From NCBI RefSeq assembly GCF_041690455.1, contig NZ_JAWLHI010000007.1:1610-65609 (forward strand): a stretch of 64,000 bases of DNA, read 5' to 3'. This document shows positions 42,410-51,616 of this stretch, in pieces; position 1 is the stretch's first letter; the number at the start of each line of letters is the position of its first letter. The notes under the pieces are model-generated. The model saw only the letters and a list, made by a program, of their open reading frames with translations, was not told the origin of the DNA and did no database searches. Origin of the DNA: Marinobacter sp. (GTDB lineage Bacteria; Pseudomonadota; Gammaproteobacteria; Pseudomonadales; Oleiphilaceae). The position numbers were made by a program, and so were the translations under genes.

Positions 42410-44149
42410 ATGTCGGATCGGTTAACCCGGTTCCTGCCTATTCTGAACTGGCTTAAGGACTATCGGGGCGACACGTTTGTCAGCGACGCGCTGGCAGCAG
42501 TAATTGTCACCCTGATGCTGGTGCCCCAGGCGCTGGCCTATGCCTTGCTGGCAGGTCTTCCGCCCGAGGTTGGTTTGTATGCCAGTATGATCCCGCTGGT
42601 GGCGTACGCACTGTTCGGAACCAGTGCAACGCTTGCTGTCGGGCCTGTGGCCGTTGCCTCCCTGATGACCGCTTCTGCACTCGGTGGCATCGCCGAAGCG
42701 GGCACTCCCGAGTATGTCGGTGCCGCGCTGGTACTGGCCTCGCTCTCCGGCCTGATGCTTTTTGCCATGGGCCTCCTGCGGCTTGGTTTTCTGGCCAATT
42801 TCCTCAGTCATCCGGTGATATCCGGGTTTGTGACTGCTTCGGGCATCCTCATCGCCGGCAGTCAACTTGGCCATATTCTGGGTATCCAGGGCGGCGGCCA
42901 CAACCTGGTGGAAATGGTCCAGGGGCTATGGCAGCAGCTGGGCGGGATCAATCCGATGACTCTGGTAATCGGTGGGGGCGCCCTGGTCTTCCTCTATCTC
43001 TGTCGCAAGTTCCTCAAGCGAGGCCTGACCGGCATTGGATTGTCTGAGCGCCTGGCGGACCTGACCACCAAGGCCGCGCCGGTGACCGCGGTCATCGTCA
43101 CCACGGCGGCCGCCTGGTATTTCGATCTTGGCTCTGCAGGGGTAAACCTGGTGGGTGAAGTGCCCAGTGGCCTTCCGGATATCAGCCTGCCGTCCATGGA
43201 TCCGGATATCTGGGCAACCCTGGTGCCCGCCGCCATCCTGATCAGTCTCGTCGGTTTTGTGGAGTCTGTTTCGGTTGCGCAGACCCTTGCGGCCAAGCGG
43301 CGTCAGCGGATTGATCCTGATTCCGAGCTGATTGCCCTGGGCCTGGCCAACGTGGCCGCAGGCGTTAGCGGTGGTTCGCCGGTATCCGGCGGATTCTCAA
43401 GATCCGTGGTCAACTTCGAGGCCGGTGCCCAGACGCCGATTGCCGGTGCGCTGACCGCTGTCGGTATTGCCGTGGCAACGCTTACGCTGACCGGCCTACT
43501 CGCGTTCCTGCCCAAGGCGACCCTGGCAGCGACCATTATCATCGCTGTGAGCACGCTGATTGACCTGCCGGCGATCCGGCGGACTCTGGCGTATTCGAAG
43601 GCGGACGGAACAGCGATGTTGGCCACGATTATTCTGACCCTGGCGCACGGGGTCGAGGCCGGCATTATTGTGGGTGTTGCGCTGTCGATCGGGCTGTACC
43701 TGTATCGCACCAGCCGACCTCACAGCGCCGTGGTGGGACGGATACCGGGTACAGAACATTTCCGCAACGTTCAGCGCCACAAGGTCGAAATCGACGACAG
43801 TACCGTTGTGCTGCGAGTTGACGAGAGCCTGTATTTCGCTAACGCCCGCTATCTCGAGGAAACGGTTCTGGAGCTGGTGTCCGACAACCCGGAAATGAAG
43901 AATCTGGTGCTGGCCTGCCAGGCGGTCAATGAAATTGATGCTTCTGCCTTGGAAAGCCTGGAAGCGATCAACAGCCGTCTGGAAGATGCGGGTATTCGCT
44001 TGCATCTGTCCGAAGTTAAAGGGCCGGTTATGGATCGCCTGAAACGGACGCATTTCTGTGAGGAGCTGACGGGTCAGATTTTTCTCAGTACGTACGACGC
44101 ATGGAAGGCACTCGCAAAAAAGCCAACTATCCTTTTTAAAACTAACTGA
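42410..44149 (+). CDS. SulP/SLC26 anion transporter with STAS domain
   Basis: PQALAYA.LAGLPPE.GLY, GPVA, HPVISGF, GGFSRS..N, R.DESLYFAN. Confidence 0.93.
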   Translation: MSDRLTRFLPILNWLKDYRGDTFVSDALAAVIVTLMLVPQALAYALLAGLPPEVGLYASMIPLVAYALFGTSATLAVGPVAVASLMTASALGGIAEAGTPEYVGAALVLASLSGLMLFAMGLLRLGFLANFLSHPVISGFVTASGILIAGSQLGHILGIQGGGHNLVEMVQGLWQQLGGINPMTLVIGGGALVFLYLCRKFLKRGLTGIGLSERLADLTTKAAPVTAVIVTTAAAWYFDLGSAGVNLVGEVPSGLPDISLPSMDPDIWATLVPAAILISLVGFVESVSVAQTLAAKRRQRIDPDSELIALGLANVAAGVSGGSPVSGGFSRSVVNFEAGAQTPIAGALTAVGIAVATLTLTGLLAFLPKATLAATIIIAVSTLIDLPAIRRTLAYSKADGTAMLATIILTLAHGVEAGIIVGVALSIGLYLYRTSRPHSAVVGRIPGTEHFRNVQRHKVEIDDSTVVLRVDESLYFANARYLEETVLELVSDNPEMKNLVLACQAVNEIDASALESLEAINSRLEDAGIRLHLSEVKGPVMDRLKRTHFCEELTGQIFLSTYDAWKALAKKPTILFKTN

Positions 44150-44169
44150 CGTTCCTGCTGGAGGTTCCC

Positions 44170-45600
44170 ATGGAACTTGATCCTCTGTTGCTATCGCGAA
44201 TCCAGTTCGCGTTTGTGGTGTCATTTCACGCCATCTTTCCGGTGTTTACCATCGGTTTGGCCTCCTATATTGCGGTGCTGGAGGCCCTGGGCTTCAAGAC
44301 CGGCAATCCGGTGTGGCTGAAGCTCTCGGGCTTCTGGACCAAGGTCTTTGCCGTGGTGTTCGGCATGGGCGTGGTCTCGGGCATCGTGATGTCGTTCCAG
44401 TTCGGAACCAACTGGAGCAACTTCTCCCAGGCCACCGCCAACTTCCTCGGGCCGGTACTCAGCTATGAGGTGATCACCGCCTTCTTCCTGGAAGCCGCGT
44501 TCCTGGGCGTGCTGCTGTTCGGCCGCGACAAGGTTCCGCCCGGCGTGCACCTGTTCGCGGCCATCATGGTGGCCACCGGCACCTTCATCTCGTCGTTCTG
44601 GATTCTCTCGGCCAACAGCTGGATGCAGACTCCGGCCGGCTTCGAGCTGATTGACGGCGTGTTCCATGTCACCTCCTGGAGCGAGGCGATCTTCAACCCT
44701 TCCTTCCCATACCGCTTCATGCATATGGGGCTGGCCTCGTTCCTGACCGGCAGTTTCGTGGTGGCCGGTGTCAGTGCCTGGTACCTCCTCCGTGGCCGGG
44801 AAGTGGAAGCCAACCGCAAGGCGCTGTCCATGTGCCTGTGGCTGATCCTGTTCATCGCCCCGGCCCAGCTGATTGTGGGTGACTTCCACGGCCTGAGCAC
44901 CCTGGAGCATCAGCCCACCAAGGTGGCCGCGATGGAAGGCAACTGGGAGACCTCCTCCAACGTACCGCTGCTGCTGTTCGCCATTCCCGACCAGGACGCC
45001 CAGACCAACCATTTCGAGATCGGCATTCCCAGCCTGGCCAGTATGATCCTGACCCACGAGTGGGACGGGGTGGTACCCGGCCTGAAGGATGTGCCACGGG
45101 CGGAACAACCGCCGGTGGCCATCGTGTTCTGGTCGTTCCGGATCATGGTCGGTATCGGCACCCTGATGATCCTGGTGGGTCTGACCGGCCTGGCGCTGCG
45201 TCGCGGGGGTCGTTACTTCCAGTCCACCTGGTTCCTGCAGGTGCTGCGGGTGATGAGCATTGCCCCGTTCATTGCGGTGCTGACCGGCTGGTTTGTGACC
45301 GAAGTGGGTCGGGCCCCCTGGCTGGTGTACGGCATCATGGACCAGGCGGCGGCGGTCACCCCTTCACTGACCGGCGGCATGGCGTTGTTCACCCTGATCG
45401 GCTACATCGTGGTCTATGCGGCGGTGTTCTCCGCGGGTGTCTACTACCTGATGCGGGTGCTGTACGTGGGCCTGGAAGACCAGGATGACGAGGAAGAGCA
45501 CGAGGCGGACCGTCCGGCACGACCACTTTCCGCGGCTCATGTACCGTTCGAATACGGCGAAGACAAACACCGCAACCCGGCCAAGCAGGGAGGTCACTGA
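44170..45600 (+). CDS. cydA: Cytochrome bd-type quinol oxidase subunit I (short Q-loop, CioA-like)
   Basis: SRIQF..SFH, FQFGTNW, ANSWMQTP, RFMH, QPTKVAAMEG, SFRIM, EVGRAPW; heme-ligand positions are present. Confidence 0.95.
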   Translation: MELDPLLLSRIQFAFVVSFHAIFPVFTIGLASYIAVLEALGFKTGNPVWLKLSGFWTKVFAVVFGMGVVSGIVMSFQFGTNWSNFSQATANFLGPVLSYEVITAFFLEAAFLGVLLFGRDKVPPGVHLFAAIMVATGTFISSFWILSANSWMQTPAGFELIDGVFHVTSWSEAIFNPSFPYRFMHMGLASFLTGSFVVAGVSAWYLLRGREVEANRKALSMCLWLILFIAPAQLIVGDFHGLSTLEHQPTKVAAMEGNWETSSNVPLLLFAIPDQDAQTNHFEIGIPSLASMILTHEWDGVVPGLKDVPRAEQPPVAIVFWSFRIMVGIGTLMILVGLTGLALRRGGRYFQSTWFLQVLRVMSIAPFIAVLTGWFVTEVGRAPWLVYGIMDQAAAVTPSLTGGMALFTLIGYIVVYAAVFSAGVYYLMRVLYVGLEDQDDEEEHEADRPARPLSAAHVPFEYGEDKHRNPAKQGGH

Positions 45601-45602
45601 TT

Positions 45603-46604
45603 ATGGAACTCTTCGATCTGCCCCTGATCTGGGCATTCATTATCGGCTTCGGCATCATCATGTATGTGCTGATGGACGGCTTCGACCTGGGTGTCGGCAT
45701 CCTGTTCCCGTTCGCCCCGAGCGAGGGAGACCGGGACACCATGATGAACTCGGTGGCCCCGGTGTGGGACGGCAACGAGACCTGGCTGGTGCTGGGTGGT
45801 GCCGGCCTGCTAGCCGCCTTCCCGATGGTGTACACCATCTTCCTGCCGGCGCTGTACATCGGTGTGTTCCTGCTGCTGGCCGGTCTGATTTTCCGGGGCG
45901 TGGCTTTCGAGTTCCGGTTCAAGGCCCGCACTTCCCGCTACCTGTGGAACTGGGCTTTTGCCGGCGGCTCCACCATCGCCTCCTTCGCCCAGGGCGCGGT
46001 GGTCGGTGCCTACATCCAGGGCTTCAATACCGTGGACGGCGTGTACGTTGGCGGCGCCCTGGACTGGCTGACGCCGTTCACCGTCCTCACTGGCCTGGGC
46101 ATGCTGGCCGGCTACTCCCTGCTGGGGTCCACCTGGCTGATCATGAAGACCGAAGGCCGGCTGCAGGAATGGGCCTACCGGATCACCCTGCCACTGCTGG
46201 CCGCGGTGCTGATCATCTTCGGCATCATCAGCGTCTGGACCCCGTTCGTGGACGATCTGGTGCGCGAGCGCTGGTTCTCCAACCTGACCGTGATCTGGAT
46301 CCTGCCGGTGCTGACCCTGCTGTGTGCCTTCCAGATCTTCCGGTCGGTGCGCAACCGCTTTGAAGGCATGCCGTTTGTGGCCACCATGGGGTTGTTCATC
46401 ACCACCTACCTGGGCCTGGTGGTCAGCCGCTGGCCGTACGTGGTACCGCCGGAGTACACCCTGTGGGATGCGGCCTCGGCCTATGGTTCGCAGATGTTCC
46501 TGCTGCTGGGGACGCTGCTGGTGGTGCCCATCGTGATCACCTACACCGCCTGGACCTACTGGGTCTTCCGCGGCAAGGTGCGTGCCGGTGAGGGATACCA
46601 CTGA
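45603..46604 (+). CDS. cydB: Cytochrome bd-type oxidase subunit II
   Basis: MDGFDLG.GIL, PVWDGNETWL, FRGVAFEFR, YT.WTYWVFRGK. Confidence 0.95.
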   Translation: MELFDLPLIWAFIIGFGIIMYVLMDGFDLGVGILFPFAPSEGDRDTMMNSVAPVWDGNETWLVLGGAGLLAAFPMVYTIFLPALYIGVFLLLAGLIFRGVAFEFRFKARTSRYLWNWAFAGGSTIASFAQGAVVGAYIQGFNTVDGVYVGGALDWLTPFTVLTGLGMLAGYSLLGSTWLIMKTEGRLQEWAYRITLPLLAAVLIIFGIISVWTPFVDDLVRERWFSNLTVIWILPVLTLLCAFQIFRSVRNRFEGMPFVATMGLFITTYLGLVVSRWPYVVPPEYTLWDAASAYGSQMFLLLGTLLVVPIVITYTAWTYWVFRGKVRAGEGYH

Positions 46605-46605
46605 C

Positions 46606-46638
46606 AAAAAAGCCGCCTCCTGACCGGAGGCGGCTTTT
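46606..46638. terminator. Bidirectional intrinsic terminator
   Basis: AAAAGCCGCCTCC-tgacc-GGAGGCGGCTTTT between convergent genes. Confidence 0.8.
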
Positions 46639-46670
46639 CAATTTTTAAGTCCTGCCAATTGAGTGGCTGG

Positions 46671-47051
46671 TCAGTCGAAATCAGGCAGTTCCGGTTTCAC
46701 CACCGGCTTGCCAGCTTCCTGCCACGCCTCGATTCCTCCGGAAATGGACTGTACGTGGATATAGCCCATTTCTTTCATGGCTTTGGCCGAGAGGGCAGAG
46801 CGGCCACTGTTCTTGCAGTAGATCACCATATTCAGCCCCCGATCTTCCAGGGCTGGATCATTGGTCAGCTTGAATTCCAGAATACCCCGGGGAATGTTGA
46901 CGGCGCCCGGAATATGGCCGGCGTGGTACTCGTCAGCTTCCCGAACATCAATCAGCATGTCTGCCTGCTTGATGGCGTCTTCGGATTTCTCCAAAGGTAC
47001 TTCCCGTATCTCGGCCTTCGCGGCCTGAACCATGTCATGAACATTCTTCAT
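46671..47051 (-). CDS. Single-domain rhodanese
   Basis: IDVRE..EY..GHIPGA, YCKNSGRS. Confidence 0.9.
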   Translation of the reverse strand: MKNVHDMVQAAKAEIREVPLEKSEDAIKQADMLIDVREADEYHAGHIPGAVNIPRGILEFKLTNDPALEDRGLNMVIYCKNSGRSALSAKAMKEMGYIHVQSISGGIEAWQEAGKPVVKPELPDFD

Positions 47052-47077
47052 CGTGAAATACCCCGTTCATCTTTGGT

Positions 47078-47110
47078 AAAAAAGCCGCTACCGCAAAAGC
47101 GATAGCGGCT
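47078..47110 (-). terminator. Intrinsic terminator after peroxiredoxin copy 1
   Basis: Minus strand AGCCGCTATCGC-tttt-GCGGTAGCGGCT followed by a T run. Confidence 0.7.
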
Positions 47111-47143
47111 GCATTCAGTATAGCGGAATCGCATTCGAGCCGG

Positions 47144-47797
47144 TTACAGAGACTTGGTGCAGAAATAGAAGTCCTTGCACTCGTAGTCACCGGACTCGAC
47201 GCGTGAGTTGGCGCCGTCAGCGGTCTTGGCCGGCGGAACGATGACCTTGTCGCCTTTCTTCCAGCCTTCCGGAGTAGCCACACCGTGCTCGTCACTGGTC
47301 TGCAGGGCTTCCAGCAGGCGCAGGAACTCGGGGATGGAACGGCCGTTGCTCATCGGGTAGTACACCATGGCCCGCAGGATGCCGTTCGGGTCGATGATGA
47401 AGGTGGCGCGAACCGCGGAGGTGTCGCCGGCACCCGGATGGATCATACCGTAGGCCTTGGCCACGTCCATCTTCAGGTCTTCGATGATCGGGAACGGAAT
47501 TTCAACGCCCCAGTTCTGTTTGATATTGCGCATCCAGGCAATGTGGGAGTGGATGCTGTCGATGGACAGACCCAGCAGCTCACAGTTCAGCTTGGCGAAT
47601 TCCGGCGCCGCTTCAGCGAAGGCCATGAATTCGGTGGTGCAAACGGGAGTGAAGTCAGCCGGGTGGGAAAACAGAACCAGCCACTTGCCCTTGTAATCAC
47701 TCAGGGATTTCTCGCCATCGGTGGTCAGCGCTTTGAAATCCGGAGCCGGTTCGTTGATGCGCGGCAGGCCGGCTACAGATGCTGCTTGAGTATCCAT
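47144..47797 (-). CDS. Peroxiredoxin (Prx6-class, PVCTTE), copy 1
   Basis: FSHPADFTPVCTTE, GRSIPE, ATP.GW, C-terminal CKDFYFC. Confidence 0.93.
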   Translation of the reverse strand: MDTQAASVAGLPRINEPAPDFKALTTDGEKSLSDYKGKWLVLFSHPADFTPVCTTEFMAFAEAAPEFAKLNCELLGLSIDSIHSHIAWMRNIKQNWGVEIPFPIIEDLKMDVAKAYGMIHPGAGDTSAVRATFIIDPNGILRAMVYYPMSNGRSIPEFLRLLEALQTSDEHGVATPEGWKKGDKVIVPPAKTADGANSRVESGDYECKDFYFCTKSL

Positions 47798-47867
47798 AGA
47801 AATGTCCTCTTGAGATTGGGTTGTCAGTTGACTGTTCCAAGATATATTTCGCGCTAAATTCCAGCAA

Positions 47868-47904
47868 GGCATAAAGATATATCGCAACGATATATCTAAT
47901 CTAT
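47868..47904 (-). promoter_or_regulatory. Putative OxyR-like (LysR-type) operator upstream of prx copy 1
   Basis: Minus strand ATAG-attagat-ATAT-cgttgcg-ATAT-atcttta; spacing matches ATAG-N7-CTAT-N7-ATAG, and the same pattern recurs upstream of copy 2. Confidence 0.55.
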
Positions 47905-48027
47905 GGCTGCTACCGTGGCAATTGGCAAGGGCTAAAAGCCGGCTGCAATCCCTGTTACCAGCTATCATTCGGGTTAAAAGGACTGGATCCGATGCTGGCC
48001 AGAAACACGAAAAAGGGGTAAAGACCG

Positions 48028-48699
48028 GTGGCGAAAATTGAGCCTTTCGAAGCGCACCATGAACGTTATGAATCCTGGTTCGATAGGCACCGCGAAGCCT
48101 ATGTATCGGAGCTCCTGGCTGTCAGGGCTTTTGTTCCCCTGGAAGGAAAGGGTCTGGAGGTGGGGATCGGCAGCGGGAGGTTCTCGGCGCCTCTGGGGGT
48201 ACAGTACGGGATAGATCCATCCCCGGCGATGCTTAACTACGCCCGTTCCTGTGGTATGAACGTGGCCGTCGCCATAGCAGAGCAGCTCCCGTTCAAGGCC
48301 TGTGTTTTTGATTACGCCCTGGTGGTGACCACCATCTGTTTTGTCGATTCAGCCAGCGACATGCTTGCCGAGATCCATCGGGTCCTGACGCCGGAGGGCA
48401 AATTGATCATCGGTCTGATCGACCGGGAAAGTGAACTCGGAGCGTTCTACCAAAAGCATAAGGCTGAAAGTGTTTTTTATCGCGATGCCGAGTTTTTCTC
48501 TGCAGCAGAAGTCGAGCGTCTGTTGGAGGATAACGGATTTACGGTGAACGCGCGGGCCCAGACACTTTTCAGGCCGCTTCCGGAGACCACAGAGATCGAA
48601 CCGACACTTCCGGGAAGAGGTAAGGGCGCTTTCGTGGTAATCACAGGTAAAAAAGCCGGACCTCTCGGTCCGGCAAAGGGCTGTGAATCAGTCGTTTGA
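48028..48699 (+). CDS. Class I SAM-dependent methyltransferase
   Basis: GLEVGIGSGRF, GIDPS, AEQLPF..FD, EIHRVL.PEG; GTG start. Confidence 0.85.
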   Translation: MAKIEPFEAHHERYESWFDRHREAYVSELLAVRAFVPLEGKGLEVGIGSGRFSAPLGVQYGIDPSPAMLNYARSCGMNVAVAIAEQLPFKACVFDYALVVTTICFVDSASDMLAEIHRVLTPEGKLIIGLIDRESELGAFYQKHKAESVFYRDAEFFSAAEVERLLEDNGFTVNARAQTLFRPLPETTEIEPTLPGRGKGAFVVITGKKAGPLGPAKGCESVV

Positions 48700-48716
48700 G
48701 TAAAGCGAAGTCTTGC

Positions 48717-49370
48717 TTACAGGGACTTGGTGCAGAAGTAGAAGTCCTTGCACTCGTAGTCACCAGACTCGACTCGGGCGTTGGCGCTGTCAGCGGTCTT
48801 GGCCGGCGGAACGATGACCTTGTCACCTTTCTTCCAACCTTCCGGAGTGGCCACACCGTGTTCTTCACTGGTCTGCAGGGCTTCCAGCAGGCGCAGGAAC
48901 TCGGGGATGGAGCGGCCGTTGCTCATCGGGTAGTAGACCATGGCGCGCAGGATGCCGTTCGGATCGATGATGAAGGTGGCGCGAACCGCGGAGGTGTCGC
49001 CGGCACCCGGATGGATCATGCCGTAGGCCTTGGCCACGTCCATCTTCAGGTCTTCGATGATCGGGAACGGAATTTCAACGCCCCAGTTCTGTTTGATATT
49101 GCGCATCCAGGCAATGTGGGAGTGGATGCTGTCGATGGACAGACCCAGCAGCTCACAGTTCAGCTTGGCGAATTCCGGCGCCGCTTCAGCGAAGGCCATG
49201 AATTCGGTGGTGCAAACCGGAGTGAAGTCGGCCGGGTGGGAGAACAGAACCAGCCACTTGCCCTTGTAATCGCTCAGGGACTTCTCGCCGTCGGTGGTCA
49301 GGGCTTTGAAATCCGGAGCCGGTTCGTTGATGCGCGGCAGGCCCGCGACAGGTGCTGCTTGAGTTTCCAT
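48717..49370 (-). CDS. Peroxiredoxin (Prx6-class), copy 2
   Basis: Same motifs as copy 1; 5 substitutions in 217 aa. Confidence 0.93.
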   Translation of the reverse strand: METQAAPVAGLPRINEPAPDFKALTTDGEKSLSDYKGKWLVLFSHPADFTPVCTTEFMAFAEAAPEFAKLNCELLGLSIDSIHSHIAWMRNIKQNWGVEIPFPIIEDLKMDVAKAYGMIHPGAGDTSAVRATFIIDPNGILRAMVYYPMSNGRSIPEFLRLLEALQTSEEHGVATPEGWKKGDKVIVPPAKTADSANARVESGDYECKDFYFCTKSL

Positions 49371-49442
49371 AATAGATTCCTCTTGAGGGTTGGTTGTCCT
49401 GTTGACGGGTTCCAAGATAGGGCTACGGACTAATGCATTCAA

Positions 49443-49479
49443 GGAATAACCTTATATCGCCGCGATATATTGCATCTAT
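49443..49479 (-). promoter_or_regulatory. Putative OxyR-like operator upstream of prx copy 2
   Basis: Minus strand ATAG-atgcaat-ATAT-cgcggcg-ATAT-aaggtta. Confidence 0.55.
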
Positions 49480-49643
49480 CGTCATGCGAAATGACCGCAG
49501 CTATTTTCTAAGTCCATGAAATAGAGAAGGAAATTAGAAATAACAGAAGGCCGGATTCTCTGTGGCGCAAAGGCTTGGGACGTCTATACTGTTTGCATTG
49601 ATGAAAATTCCTGTTCCACGGACTGTCTAAGGAGAAACCGATC

Positions 49644-50687
49644 ATGATATTCCGGCAACTGTTTGATGATGTATCTTCGACCTTTACTTATCTCCTGGCG
49701 GATGAGGACAAAAAAGAAGCAATCCTGATCGACGCAGTGTTCTCCCAGGCCAAGAGGGACCTGGCATTGATCGATGAACTCGGTCTGACACTGGTGCTCG
49801 CCGCTGACACCCACGCCCACGCGGACCACATCACCGCAGCCTGGCTGCTCAAACAGAAAACCGGTTGCAAGATTGCCTCCGCCAAAGCCATCGGGGCTGA
49901 CCATGTTGATGTGCCGCTTGAGGATGGTCAGGAATTCGGAGTTGCAGGGATCACACTTCGGGCGATATCCACGCCGGGTCATACAGACGGCTGCATGAGC
50001 TATGTCATGGCGGACCAATCGATGGTGTTTACCGGAGATGCCTTGTTGATCCGGGGTTGCGGCCGCAGTGATTTCCAACAGGGAAGTGCCCATAAACTTT
50101 TCGAGTCCATCACCAACAAACTGTTCTCCCTGCCGGATTCCTGCGTGGTTTACCCGGCCCACGACTACCATGGCCGGAGCGTCAGTTCTATCGGGGAAGA
50201 AAAAGCGTTCAATGCCCGTGTGGGCGGAGGGGCGAACGAAACGGATTTTGTGGAATACATGAATGCCATGAAGCTTCCTCATCCCAAAAAAATCGACGAG
50301 GCTTTGCCAGCCAACCTCCGTAGTGGTTGTCCTGAAGATGGAAAGCTTCCGGAAGAGCCCGATTGGGCTGATATCCGGCTGACTTACGCCGGCGTTCCGG
50401 AAATCGGGGAGGAGTGGCTGGAACACCATCTGGATGAGGTCACGGTTCTTGATGTCAGGCTTGCGGAGGAGGTCAAGGACTGCCCGGTTACTGAAACACT
50501 GGTGGATCTTCACATCCCTCTGGACCAGCTCAGGTCGCGAGTGGGCGATGTCCCCAGGGAAAAACCGGTGGTTGCGCTCTGTCGCTCCGGCCGGAGGTCG
50601 GCCATGGCCGTCAATATCCTCAAGGACAACGGTTTTGACAAGGTGGCAAGTCTGAGCCGAGGGCTCATGGAAATAACAAGAAATTAA
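49644..50687 (+). CDS. ETHE1-like persulfide dioxygenase fused to a C-terminal rhodanese
   Basis: FRQLFD..SSTFTYLL, DTHAHADH, PGHTDGC, GDALLIRGCGR.DFQ, YPAHDY; rhodanese loop LCRSGRRS. Confidence 0.88.
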   Translation: MIFRQLFDDVSSTFTYLLADEDKKEAILIDAVFSQAKRDLALIDELGLTLVLAADTHAHADHITAAWLLKQKTGCKIASAKAIGADHVDVPLEDGQEFGVAGITLRAISTPGHTDGCMSYVMADQSMVFTGDALLIRGCGRSDFQQGSAHKLFESITNKLFSLPDSCVVYPAHDYHGRSVSSIGEEKAFNARVGGGANETDFVEYMNAMKLPHPKKIDEALPANLRSGCPEDGKLPEEPDWADIRLTYAGVPEIGEEWLEHHLDEVTVLDVRLAEEVKDCPVTETLVDLHIPLDQLRSRVGDVPREKPVVALCRSGRRSAMAVNILKDNGFDKVASLSRGLMEITRN

Positions 50688-50744
50688 GGAAATAGCGTCT
50701 TTATTTAAACTGATTTCTTGATTCAGGAAGGACTGAGCTCCTGC

Positions 50745-51479
50745 ATGGATGATACTTTCTGGACGGCTCTGACAACGAGTATCCTGGCGGCACTGGTCAC
50801 ATCGATCGGTATTTTCACGATCCGCCGTTTTGCAGACTGGGGGCATCGGAACACCACCTACTTTATATGCTTTGCTGCAGGTGTTCTGATTTCCGCCTCC
50901 TTTTTGCACATTATTCCGAAATCCTTTTCAATGAATCCGGATGCACCGGTCTGGCTCCTGGTGGGTTTCATGGGACTCCACCTTTTCAACCGCTTCCTGA
51001 CGGCCTTTGTCTGCGAGAGGGACCCGGCCAAGAAGGACTATGTGATTGGCATCATCCCGATGCTGGGGATCGGGTTCCACTCGTTTATTGACGGGTTTAT
51101 CTATTCAATCTCGTTCACCGTGAGCATCTTTACCGGCTATCTCGCAACGGTGGGTATGGTTCTGCACGAGTTTCCGGAAGGAATCATTACCTATCTTCTG
51201 CTTGTGCGGGGCGGGATTACTCCGAAACTGGCCATGCCCCTCGCGTTTCTTGCAGCGGCGGCTACAACCCCTCTGGGAATGCTGGTTTCCTATCCCCTTG
51301 TTAACGACATTGATCCGGAGTCGCTGGGGGCCTTGCTGTCGTTGTCCGCAGGCGCCCTCGTCTACGTCGGTGCAACCCATCTGCTGCCTAGGGCCGAGCA
51401 GGAACAAAAGAAGTTCAGCCTGGTTGCCCTGGCAGGAGGGGTGCTGGTTGCTGCGGTGATTGTCGCGTCCAAAGCGTGA
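50745..51479 (+). CDS. ZIP-family metal transporter
   Basis: FAAGVLI..SF.H, FHSFIDG, LHEFPEG, GALVYV. Confidence 0.88.
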   Translation: MDDTFWTALTTSILAALVTSIGIFTIRRFADWGHRNTTYFICFAAGVLISASFLHIIPKSFSMNPDAPVWLLVGFMGLHLFNRFLTAFVCERDPAKKDYVIGIIPMLGIGFHSFIDGFIYSISFTVSIFTGYLATVGMVLHEFPEGIITYLLLVRGGITPKLAMPLAFLAAAATTPLGMLVSYPLVNDIDPESLGALLSLSAGALVYVGATHLLPRAEQEQKKFSLVALAGGVLVAAVIVASKA

Positions 51480-51616
51480 ATTTAAACAGCATTTTTGGCG
51501 ATTTTTTGTCCTGTTTTTCTGGTTCACTCCACCAGATGGTCTATCTTTGTAGTGTGCTGGTCAGGATCAACGTTTCGTCGACCGACCGCAGATGTGGCAG
51601 TTGGAGGACAATAAAA

